Part shown: piece after piece, positions 57,010 through 64,000 of the stretch | Layout: the number at the start of each line of letters is the position of its first letter | Position numbering within the stretch: position 1 is the first letter of the stretch | Assembly (NCBI GenBank): GCA_012521895.1 | Contig: JAAYLK010000013.1 | Coordinates: forward strand, 4,898 to 68,897 | Source: Clostridiales bacterium | GTDB taxonomy: Bacteria; Bacillota; Clostridia; Christensenellales; Aristaeellaceae | Length of the DNA stretch: 64,000 bases | Direction of reading: 5' to 3' | Notes under the pieces: model-generated | The model's input: the letters and a program-made list of their open reading frames with translations, nothing else | Told to the model about the DNA's origin: nothing | The model's database searches: none | Position numbers and translations under genes: made by a program

Positions 57010-58892
57010 GCTTCCGCGATCAGGAGGTTTGCCTCTGTTCCATTCATGAACTTGAGGAATTCTTCGCGGTTGACCGTCTCTTTTTCAATCAGCAGCTGCG
57101 CCAGGCCGTGCAGCTTGTCGATGTTGGTTTTCAAGGTGTTGAACGCGACTTCATAACACTTGGTCATGATGTTGCCCACTTCCTGGTCGATCTTTGTCGC
57201 GGTTTCCTCGCTGAACTCACGGCTCTGCCCAAATTCCATGCCCACGAAAATCTCCTGGTCGTTGCCCAGGTAGAGAGTACCGATGGAATCGGACATGCCC
57301 AGCTTGGTAATCATGGTGCGGATAATCTCCGTTGCGCGCTTGAGGTCCGACTGCGCGCCGGTGTACACATCATCTTCAATCAGTTTGATGGCCGCGTGCC
57401 CGCCCAGCATCATGGAAATGGTCTGCAGCATCTTGGACCGGCTTTGCATGTCAAACTCTTTTTCAGGCAAGGACAGGGTGAAGCCACCCGCGTTGCCTCG
57501 GGGCACGATAGTGACGGTGTGCACTTCATCAGTCAGCGGCAGGTAATGACCAACCACCGCGTGGCCTGCTTCATGGTAGGCGACGATGCGCTTGTCCTCT
57601 TCCAGCACCTTGTGGCTCTTCTTCTCAGGGCCCATCTGGACGCGCTCAACAGCCTCAATCAGGTGTTCCTGGGAAATCTGCTTCTTGTGGTTTCTAGCGG
57701 CCACGATGGCGCCTTCATTCATGATGTTTTCAAGGTCGGCGCCCGTGGCAAAGGGGGTGCGCTTGGCGATGTTCTCCAAATCCACGTCATCTGCCAGGGG
57801 CTTGCCGCGGGAATGTACTTTCAAGATGGCGACGCGGCCGGCGATGTCCGGATAATTCACGGTGACCTGTCGGTCAAAGCGGCCCGGGCGCAGCAGGGCA
57901 GGGTCCAGGATATCCCGGCGGTTGGTGGCTGCCATCACGATGACGCCTTCATTGGTGGTGAAGCCGTCCATCTCCACCAGCAGCTGGTTTAAGGTCTGCT
58001 CACGTTCGTCGTGGCCGCCGCCAAGGCCGGCGCCGCGGTGACGGCCTACAGCGTCAATCTCGTCGATGAACACGATGCTGGGCGCCATGCGCTTGGCCTG
58101 CTCAAACAGGTCGCGCACGCGGCTGGCGCCAACGCCGACAAACATTTCTACAAAGTTGGAGCCGCTGATGGTGAAAAAGGGCACCTTGGCCTCCCCGGCG
58201 ACCGCCTTGGCCAGTAAGGTCTTGCCGGTTCCGGGAGGGCCCACCAGCAGCACGCCCTTGGGGATGCGCGCGCCCAGGTCCAGATAGGTCTTGGGATTTT
58301 TCAGGAAATCAACAATCTCCTGCAGCTCGGCCTTTTCTTCATCCGCTCCGGCCACATCGGCAAAGGTAATCTTGTTCTTGGTCGGGTCCACCATGTTGGC
58401 GGAGCTTTTGCCAAAGTTGAGCACCTTGCCGCTGCCGCCAGTCTGCTGGCGCATGATGAAAAACCAAAACAACATCACCAGGCCCATGGTGAGGATGTAG
58501 GGCAGCATTTCCACATACCAGGGGGTCACCAGGGGCGGCAGGTAGTCCACGGTGAAGTCCAGGTCGTTGACGCTGACTTGCTCCAGGGGCATCTTGTCCT
58601 TGGCGGCCTTCATCGTGCGGACCGTTTCAATAAAGTCCGCGCCGATGGTGGTTTCAAAATCGTAGCGGGCAGGGTAATCGCTCCTGGCGATGGGGCTGTT
58701 GCGGTTCAACCCCACCAGGGTGATGCCGCGGATAGAGACTTTTTCAATGGTATTGCTTTCAATTTTTGTCAGCAATTCCGGGTAGGTGATGCGGTTGACC
58801 GGCATGCGCATGCTGTCGGAAATCAGAACCGCCAGCATGACAAAGGCCGCAATCATAATTAAGTAGCCAAACGGGCCACGGGTTTTTCGCAA
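57006..58892 (-). CDS. ftsH: ATP-dependent zinc metalloprotease FtsH
   Basis: Two TM helices, Walker A GPPGTGKT, Walker B IDEID, zinc motif HEAGHAV. TTG start with GGAGG 8 nt upstream. Confidence 0.96.
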   Translation of the reverse strand: MRKTRGPFGYLIMIAAFVMLAVLISDSMRMPVNRITYPELLTKIESNTIEKVSIRGITLVGLNRNSPIARSDYPARYDFETTIGADFIETVRTMKAAKDKMPLEQVSVNDLDFTVDYLPPLVTPWYVEMLPYILTMGLVMLFWFFIMRQQTGGSGKVLNFGKSSANMVDPTKNKITFADVAGADEEKAELQEIVDFLKNPKTYLDLGARIPKGVLLVGPPGTGKTLLAKAVAGEAKVPFFTISGSNFVEMFVGVGASRVRDLFEQAKRMAPSIVFIDEIDAVGRHRGAGLGGGHDEREQTLNQLLVEMDGFTTNEGVIVMAATNRRDILDPALLRPGRFDRQVTVNYPDIAGRVAILKVHSRGKPLADDVDLENIAKRTPFATGADLENIMNEGAIVAARNHKKQISQEHLIEAVERVQMGPEKKSHKVLEEDKRIVAYHEAGHAVVGHYLPLTDEVHTVTIVPRGNAGGFTLSLPEKEFDMQSRSKMLQTISMMLGGHAAIKLIEDDVYTGAQSDLKRATEIIRTMITKLGMSDSIGTLYLGNDQEIFVGMEFGQSREFSEETATKIDQEVGNIMTKCYEVAFNTLKTNIDKLHGLAQLLIEKETVNREEFLKFMNGTEANLLIAEA

Positions 58893-58926
58893 AAGACCAT
58901 CCTCCTACATTAACGAATCACATTTT

Positions 58927-58955
58927 ATTATACCACGCGCAATGATATGGTACAA
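58927..58955 (-). promoter_or_regulatory. Sigma-A-like promoter of ftsH
   Basis: The minus strand reads TTGTAC, 17-nt spacer, TATAAT with TGn (tggtataat), between the hpt stop and the ftsH start. Confidence 0.45.
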
Positions 58956-58962
58956 ACAGCGC

Positions 58963-59523
58963 TCAGGCTTCTTCCTGGTAGATTTTGGGGTGCAAAACGC
59001 CCACATAAGGCAGGTTGCGGTAGCGCTCCTGATAGTCCAAACCATAGCCTACCACAAACTCATTGGGGATGATAAAGCAGGCATAGTCCACTTCCAGATC
59101 AGTCTTCCTTCTCTCCGGCTTGTCCAGCAAGGTGACCAGCTTGACGGACCGGGCGCCGCGTTCAATCAACACCTTCTTGATATAGGACAAGGTCAAACCG
59201 CTGTCGACAATGTCCTCGATGACAAGGACATCCTTGTTGAGCACATCATGGTCCAGGTCTTTGAGGATCCTGACAACACCCGAGGTCTTGGTGCTGTTGC
59301 CATAGCTGGAAATGGCCATAAAATCGATGGTGAGCGGCAAATCCACGTTGCGCAGCAAATCCGAGAAGAACAAAGCCGCACCCTTGAGAATGCAAACAAA
59401 AACGGGCGCGCTGCCCTTGTATTCCCGAGTCAGCTTTTTACCCAGAACTGTAACAGCCGCCTCCAGCTGTTCCTGTGTGATGAGGATGTGGTCCAGATCG
59501 CCACGCAAGGATTGCTCAGACAT
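58963..59523 (-). CDS. hpt: Hypoxanthine phosphoribosyltransferase
   Basis: PRPP motif VLVIEDIVDSGLT. ATG 59523 (GGAGG 9 nt upstream) clears the tilS stop. Confidence 0.93.
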   Translation of the reverse strand: MSEQSLRGDLDHILITQEQLEAAVTVLGKKLTREYKGSAPVFVCILKGAALFFSDLLRNVDLPLTIDFMAISSYGNSTKTSGVVRILKDLDHDVLNKDVLVIEDIVDSGLTLSYIKKVLIERGARSVKLVTLLDKPERRKTDLEVDYACFIIPNEFVVGYGLDYQERYRNLPYVGVLHPKIYQEEA

Positions 59524-59527
59524 GGTT

Positions 59528-60850
59528 TCAATGCCTCCGTTCAATTTCATCCGGCAAAAGATCCAAAAATTTCAGGGTCACAGTTTGTACGCTTACTGCA
59601 CTGACAGCCGCCTCCTGGGAGACCCCGCAGCCCGGCACCCAGAGCACCTGGTGCCCTCTGGTAAACACCGGCCAGAAAGGACGAAGCGTCTGGTCAATGC
59701 CTTTGCCTGACAGGTACTTGCGCAGGCTCTGGCTGCCTGTCAGCCCCAGGGGGATGATGCGGTCATCCCTGTCAACCTGGCGCATGACCGCTCCTTCCAT
59801 GAAACGGGCATCAATGGTTTGTTCATGCAAACCATCTCCCAACCCCGCAAAACCTGATAACACACCGGGCTGCTGCCAATGCGTTGTCATAGAGTGTACA
59901 GCTTCAGGCAAAATATGCAACCTTTTCTTGGTGAAAAATGCGTGTGTATCCTTGGATAACTGGACTTTTTGTCCAATCCCCCGCCTTGTCAGGTACAACA
60001 GCCTTTCCGTTTGTTCAAATGATAAGGAACACCCGGTAAAATTGGCCAGCCTTCTGATAAGCCTGCGCTGGAAAGCGATGTGTTCCAGGAGCAATGCCGG
60101 CGTTTCCAAAAACGCGAAAGGCAAGTCCAACTTGGCGTGCTTTTGTAAAAAATCCTCTTCCATCCCTGCCCAGGCTTCCTGTTCTGATGTGAGAATTTCC
60201 GCAAAGCGCAGCAGGCTGTCAACGCTGCCTTCCTGGCGTTCTTCCAGCGCGGGCAGGATGGTGTGCCGAAGGTAGTTGCGCAGGTAGGCCTTGTCAAAAT
60301 TGCTGGCGTCTTTCAACCAGTGGATCTGATTGTCCGCAAGGAATTGGTTGATTGCCGTTTTCCTGGTGGCAAGCAAAGGCCGCCAGTAGGGAGGGGACCA
60401 TTCCTTCATGCCAGACATCCCCTGCGCCCCGCTGCCCCGCATCAGGTGCATCAGCATGGTTTCGGCCTGATCGTCCCCATGGTGCGCCAGGGCGAGCACA
60501 TCGGCTTGAAAATGGTTCAAGGCGCATTCAAAGGCTGCATAACGCGCTTCCCGCGCAGCGTTTTCAAGGTTGCCTTGTCTGCTGACTTCAACACGTTTTA
60601 CCAGCAAGGGCACCTGATGCTTTTGCGTGAGTTTTACCAATTGCGCTTCCTCGTCCACGGATTCCGGGCGCAAACCATGATGAACATGCACGCACAGCAA
60701 GTCAAAGTGCTCAGTTTCTTTCAACTTCAGCAGGGCATGAAACAAGGCGGCGGAATCCGAACCGCCGGAAAACCCAAGCACAATCCGCTTGGGCTGCCCA
60801 ATACGCTGGTAAGACAAGCTCAAAGCCTGCATGACATCCAACTGCTGCAT
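59528..60850 (-). CDS. tilS: tRNA(Ile)-lysidine synthetase
   Basis: PP-loop GFSGGSDS; the tilS-hpt-ftsH order is as in Bacillus. Confidence 0.93.
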   Translation of the reverse strand: MQQLDVMQALSLSYQRIGQPKRIVLGFSGGSDSAALFHALLKLKETEHFDLLCVHVHHGLRPESVDEEAQLVKLTQKHQVPLLVKRVEVSRQGNLENAAREARYAAFECALNHFQADVLALAHHGDDQAETMLMHLMRGSGAQGMSGMKEWSPPYWRPLLATRKTAINQFLADNQIHWLKDASNFDKAYLRNYLRHTILPALEERQEGSVDSLLRFAEILTSEQEAWAGMEEDFLQKHAKLDLPFAFLETPALLLEHIAFQRRLIRRLANFTGCSLSFEQTERLLYLTRRGIGQKVQLSKDTHAFFTKKRLHILPEAVHSMTTHWQQPGVLSGFAGLGDGLHEQTIDARFMEGAVMRQVDRDDRIIPLGLTGSQSLRKYLSGKGIDQTLRPFWPVFTRGHQVLWVPGCGVSQEAAVSAVSVQTVTLKFLDLLPDEIERRH

Positions 60851-60947
60851 GCAAGCATTTTATGGCAAAGCCCCTACTTCTTCAAGCGCTGGGACTTCCC
60901 TACGTTCAGTACGGCGATAGATTAACGGTTCATTCACACTTTAATAT

Positions 60948-60964
60948 ATTGACCTTCTTTGACC
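60948..60964. promoter_or_regulatory. Candidate CtsR operator (heptad direct repeat)
   Basis: The plus strand reads aTTGACC-ttc-TTTGACC, whose reverse complement is GGTCAAA-GAA-GGTCAAt. One mismatch to (A/G)GTCAAANAN(A/G)GTCAAA. It overlaps the -35 of the hsp20 promoter. Confidence 0.4.
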
Positions 60965-60977
60965 ATTGTGATATGAT
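60949..60977 (+). promoter_or_regulatory. Sigma-A-like promoter of hsp20
   Basis: TTGACC, 17-nt spacer, TATGAT with TGn (tgatatgat), about 50 nt upstream of the ATG. Confidence 0.5.
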
Positions 60978-61025
60978 GCGGATGTCGAAGGAAGTTCGGC
61001 ATCAAACCTACAGGAGGATGAAACG

Positions 61026-61493
61026 ATGTTTACCATGATCCCTTACCGCCGTGCCTTAACAAAACCCGCACGCTCTTTTGAACCGTTCCTGAATGATCCC
61101 TTCTTCCGCTCCTTTTTCACTGGTTCTGAGAACCTGATGACCAGCACCTTTAAGGTGGACATCAAGGAGGTTGAAAACGCCTTTGTGATTGAAGCGGAGA
61201 TGCCGGGCCTGGAAGAGAACCAGATCAACCTGGAAGTTGATGAAGGCATTCTGACCATCAACGCGGACTATCAAAGCCAGACCAGCAAGGAAGAAGACGG
61301 CCGTGTGTATTCCGAGCGCAGGAGCGGCCACATGCAGCGCAGTTTCAACCTGGACAAGGTTGACCAGGAGAACATCACCGCCAACTATAAGAATGGGATT
61401 TTGTATGTGAACCTGCCGAAGATGCAGGCGGTTGAGAAGACCGTTCGCAAGATTCCGGTGCTGATGGAAGGCAGCAAATCAGCGGCTGAGTAA
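61026..61493 (+). CDS. Hsp20/alpha-crystallin family small heat-shock protein
   Basis: Alpha-crystallin domain (FKVDIKEVENAFVIEAEMPGL...GILYVNLPK). AGGAGG lies upstream. Confidence 0.92.
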   Translation: MFTMIPYRRALTKPARSFEPFLNDPFFRSFFTGSENLMTSTFKVDIKEVENAFVIEAEMPGLEENQINLEVDEGILTINADYQSQTSKEEDGRVYSERRSGHMQRSFNLDKVDQENITANYKNGILYVNLPKMQAVEKTVRKIPVLMEGSKSAAE

Positions 61494-61509
61494 CTCCAAA
61501 GCATATCAG

Positions 61510-61535
61510 GGACGGGGCAAACCCGTCCTTTTTTT
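61510..61535 (+). terminator. Intrinsic terminator of hsp20
   Basis: Hairpin ggacggg-gcaaa-cccgtcc followed by a 7-T run. Confidence 0.7.
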
Positions 61536-61613
61536 GTGCCATGCTTCTTAAGCCTTCCTTGACGCCGGCCTTTCATCCAACGTAAAATAAAGCAAGAAAG
61601 CAAGGAGGAAGGG

Positions 61614-62261
61614 ATGAACATCTTCAAGCAAGCGGAACGGTGGCTGTCCAGATTTCGCATCCAGCCATTTTTTCAATACATTATCTTCGCCATGGCGGGT
61701 ATTTATCTGCTGGACCTGTTCTTTCCGGCATTCCGGCTCACCAGCAAGATGGCCTTGTATGCTCCGGCTGTTTTCAGGGGTGAAGTGTGGCGCCTTGTGA
61801 CCTTCCTGATCATTCCCCCGCATGGCCAAATCCTTCAGGCGGCTTTAACGCTTTATTTTTACTATTTTATCGGCACCGCGCTGGAAGCGCGCTGGGGTGC
61901 AAGGCGCTTCCTGGTCTACTATGTCATCGGCGCGCTTGCCGCCATCATTGCCGGCCTCATCAGCGGCCTGGGCACCAACATGTACCTCAACCTCTCCCTC
62001 TTTTTCGCCTTTGCGCTTATGAACCCGAATTTCCAGATTCTGTTGTTCTTTGTTCTGCCCATCAAGATCAAATGGCTCGCGGCCTTGAATGCCCTTTATT
62101 ACCTCTACGGCCTGGCCACCGGCCCTTGGTTCATCAAACTTGCCATCATCTTCAGCCTGCTCAATCTCTTGCTGTTCTTTGGCGGCGATCTGTACAACCA
62201 AAGCCGCCTGGCCATCCAGCAGTGGAAGCGCAGGCAGGCCTTCCGCAAAAATTCCAGATAA
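61614..62261 (+). CDS. Rhomboid-like polytopic membrane protein (catalytic motifs not evident)
   Basis: GEVWRLVTFLI resembles the rhomboid TM2 WR motif, and there are about 6 TM segments. I could not find canonical GxSG or the TM6 His by eye. Confidence 0.6.
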   Translation: MNIFKQAERWLSRFRIQPFFQYIIFAMAGIYLLDLFFPAFRLTSKMALYAPAVFRGEVWRLVTFLIIPPHGQILQAALTLYFYYFIGTALEARWGARRFLVYYVIGALAAIIAGLISGLGTNMYLNLSLFFAFALMNPNFQILLFFVLPIKIKWLAALNALYYLYGLATGPWFIKLAIIFSLLNLLLFFGGDLYNQSRLAIQQWKRRQAFRKNSR

Positions 62262-62282
62262 AAAAACACCGCTTTCGCGGTG
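62260..62282 (-). terminator. Intrinsic terminator after rnpB
   Basis: On the minus strand, hairpin caccgc-gaaa-gcggtg followed by a 7-T run. It may also serve the convergent rhomboid-like gene. Confidence 0.55.
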
Positions 62283-62287
62283 AAAAA

Positions 62288-62613
62288 TGAGCGCAGACTG
62301 TAAGCCGAGTTCTGTCGTGAGTGGTCATCTATCTTCGCAGCCAGTCACCAGGCTGCTGTAGCGATGGTCGGAAGCGGAACGGGCCATTCATTGCTTCCCT
62401 TTATCTTGCACCAGGTGGGGTTTACATGACGGGCCAGTCGCCAGGCCGCCGGTGCGCTCTTACCGCACCTTTCCACCCTTACCGTTTACACGGCGGTATC
62501 TCTCTGTTGCACTTGCCTTGGAGTCGCCTCCACCAGCCGTTAGCTGGCACCCTGCCCTGTGGTGCTCGGACTTTCCTCATGCCTCATCGGCACGCGACCA
62601 CTTGTCTGCCTCA
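62288..62613 (-). ncRNA. rnpB: RNase P RNA (bacterial type A-like)
   Basis: The reverse complement contains GAGGAAAGTCCGAGC, CAGGGTGCCAGCTAACGGCTGG, AGTGCAACAGAGAG, GGTAAGGGTGGAAAGGTGCGGTAAGAGCGCACCG, GTAAACCCCACCTGGTGCAAG and ACGACAGAACTCGGCTTAC. P1 pairs tgaggcagac with gtctgcgctca. End coordinates are +/- a few nt. Confidence 0.9.
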
Positions 62614-62621
62614 TGATTTTT

Positions 62622-63323
62622 TTAACCGATAATCAACCTGCCGCAGGTCTCGCATTCCACCTGCTTGCCAGAGCGGATGCTGGCCAGCACCGAGGAGGGG
62701 AAGCCCATATTGCACCCGCCGCACTGGCCGTTGATGAGCTTGGCCATGGGGGGCGTACAGTGTTGCTTGATTGCGGTGTAGCGGGCCAGATACTCAGGCT
62801 CAATGCCCTTTTTCTTTTCTTCCGCGGCAGCCTTCAAACGCTCCAGCACTTCGGATTTTTCTTTGTATTCCTGGTCATATTCCACGCGCAGGGCGTCAAA
62901 CTCTTCCTTGGATTTGATGGCGCGCAGCTTGATGTCGCGCTGCTTGCGGTCGCGGTCAGAAGCGCTTTTGCGCACCCTGCGCACTTCCTGGTCATAATCA
63001 TTCAAGGTGCCGGACAGCTGGGCGGCTTCCGCGATGTACATTGAAATGCCTTCGCTGCCGCTGGCCGGTTCTTCCTGGATGCGCTTTTGCAGGGCTTTGA
63101 GCTGGTCATCCGCCAAGGAGATGGCGTCCTTTAGGACATCCATCCGGTCCATCATGGCCATGACCTCGTTTTCAAGGGTCTGCAAGCTTTCCTGCTGGTC
63201 GCGGATGTAGTCGCGCAGCTTCAGCAGTTTTTGGCGTTTGGGTGATTGGCGGATGGAATGCGCCATGGAATCGGCTTCCGTGTCCGCCAGTTGGTATTCC
63301 CATAACAAGTCAAGTTGAGTCAT
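62622..63323 (-). CDS. Zinc-ribbon/coiled-coil protein (COG1579, DUF164-like)
   Basis: Long coiled coil plus a C-terminal CGGCN...CETCG zinc ribbon. The start abuts the nif3 stop. Confidence 0.85.
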   Translation of the reverse strand: MTQLDLLWEYQLADTEADSMAHSIRQSPKRQKLLKLRDYIRDQQESLQTLENEVMAMMDRMDVLKDAISLADDQLKALQKRIQEEPASGSEGISMYIAEAAQLSGTLNDYDQEVRRVRKSASDRDRKQRDIKLRAIKSKEEFDALRVEYDQEYKEKSEVLERLKAAAEEKKKGIEPEYLARYTAIKQHCTPPMAKLINGQCGGCNMGFPSSVLASIRSGKQVECETCGRLIIG

Positions 63324-64000
63324 TCATACCTCCCCACAGGTTGTTTGCAGGCTGTATGGAGCATCCCGCGAGACATAAACCTGTAAATTATATTTTACCG
63401 TATCTGCCATGCTTTGTAAACCAAGCGCCAAAGGCTGCATCATTGGCTGCTCAGTCGCGTAATGGCCGCCATCCAGCAGCACAAAACCGCGGGCCGCGGC
63501 CTCCACAGCGTGATGGTGCTTTACTTCTCCTGTCAGCAAGGCGTCAGCGCCGCTGGCCAAGGCCTCTTCAAAGCCCTCGCTGTATGCGCCGCCAGCAATG
63601 GCCAGGGTGTGAATCCGCTGTTGCGGGTCTCCATACAGGCGAGCCGGCACATGCAGCGTGCTTGCCGTTAATATTTGCAGTTCCAGCGCGGACAGAGCTT
63701 CCGGCAATTCGCCGATGAACAGGTAATTCCCCTGTTTCCGCAGGCCGCGCAAACCAAGCAAGCCGGCCACGGCGGCGCTTGCGGAATAGTCCATGGACTG
63801 GTCGATGTTTGTGTGCACGGCAATCAGGTTGATGTTGTGCTTTATCATGAGGGCAAGCAGGCCCGGCACATGTTTGTCCAATTGCATGTCCCTGAGCGGC
63901 ATAAAAATCAAGGGATGGTGGGCGATGATCAGCTCCGCGCCTATATGCACCGCATCCATCACCACCGCTTCGGTCACATCCAGCGCAAGCAGCACCTTGC
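63324..64000 (-). CDS. Nif3-like dinuclear metal centre protein (GTP cyclohydrolase 1 type 2 homologue), N-terminus outside window
   Basis: IAHHPLIF motif and NIF3 family layout. The reading frame stays open to the window edge. Confidence 0.88.
   Translation of the reverse strand, partial: KVLLALDVTEAVVMDAVHIGAELIIAHHPLIFMPLRDMQLDKHVPGLLALMIKHNINLIAVHTNIDQSMDYSASAAVAGLLGLRGLRKQGNYLFIGELPEALSALELQILTASTLHVPARLYGDPQQRIHTLAIAGGAYSEGFEEALASGADALLTGEVKHHHAVEAAARGFVLLDGGHYATEQPMMQPLALGLQSMADTVKYNLQVYVSRDAPYSLQTTCGEV

Noticed and set aside
60981-61003. 9-bp hairpin (gatgtcgaa-ggaag-ttcggcatc) in the hsp20 5' region as a possible RNA thermometer, and a TGTCGAA (Spo0A-box-like) heptamer inside it.
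   Set aside because: The hairpin begins about 4 nt after the -10 box, so its 5' arm is probably not fully transcribed, and it does not sequester the SD (aggagga at about 61012). A single 7-mer match is expected by chance several times in 64 kb.
62321-63044. ORFs 62321..62632 (+) and 62559..63044 (+), and the apparently empty intergenic region.
   Set aside because: This region is occupied by RNase P RNA (minus strand) and the zinc-ribbon gene. The ORFs have no RBS and an implausible composition.

Overview
Core-chromosome segment of a GC-rich (by eye, not computed) Firmicutes/Clostridia-type bacterium. The taxon is inferred from the L27 propeptide plus Prp protease, a T-box leader, a PASTA kinase, CdaA-CdaR, SpoIID and Bacillus/Clostridium-like synteny. 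I can support 64 protein-coding genes (two cut by the window edges), 2 tRNAs, RNase P RNA, one T-box riboswitch, and a set of sigma-A-like promoters and intrinsic terminators. Gene blocks in order: lexA tail, DUF2461, SpoIID-like and a methyltransferase (0-3.3 kb). Two tandem Gfo/Idh/MocA oxidoreductases (3.9-6.0 kb), the second apparently frameshifted. A 10-gene Mrp/Mbh-ordered cation:proton antiporter operon with four antiporter-like subunits (6.2-15.6 kb). A large peptidoglycan-binding secreted protein. The conserved yicC-gmk-rpoZ-coaBC-priA-def-fmt-rsmB-rlmN-stp-prkC-rsgA-rpe-rsmA block (18.0-32.3 kb, minus strand). T-box-thrS and tRNA-Gln/tRNA-Glu. A 9-gene V-type ATPase operon with an intact Na+-site signature (35.0-43.5 kb). 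Then yajC, a fused rph-rdgB, a yfcE-like gene, rsmF, cdaA-cdaR, rplU-prp-rpmA, nadK-argR-recN, vanW-PHP, tilS-hpt-ftsH, hsp20, a rhomboid-like gene, and nif3-Zn-ribbon-rnpB. I saw no transposase, integrase, phage gene, CRISPR array or recognisable defence/toxin module, and I do not claim a clear-cut novel system. The items most worth a second look are the stand-alone Mbh-ordered Mrp operon with four antiporter-like subunits, the ~200-aa [FY]GRPAP-repeat extension on RsmB, the unassigned C-terminal domain of the PG-binding protein, the Rph-RdgB fusion, and a CtsR-like operator on the hsp20 promoter. Most long ORFs in the track that lie antisense to or overlap these genes are shadow ORFs typical of GC-rich DNA.
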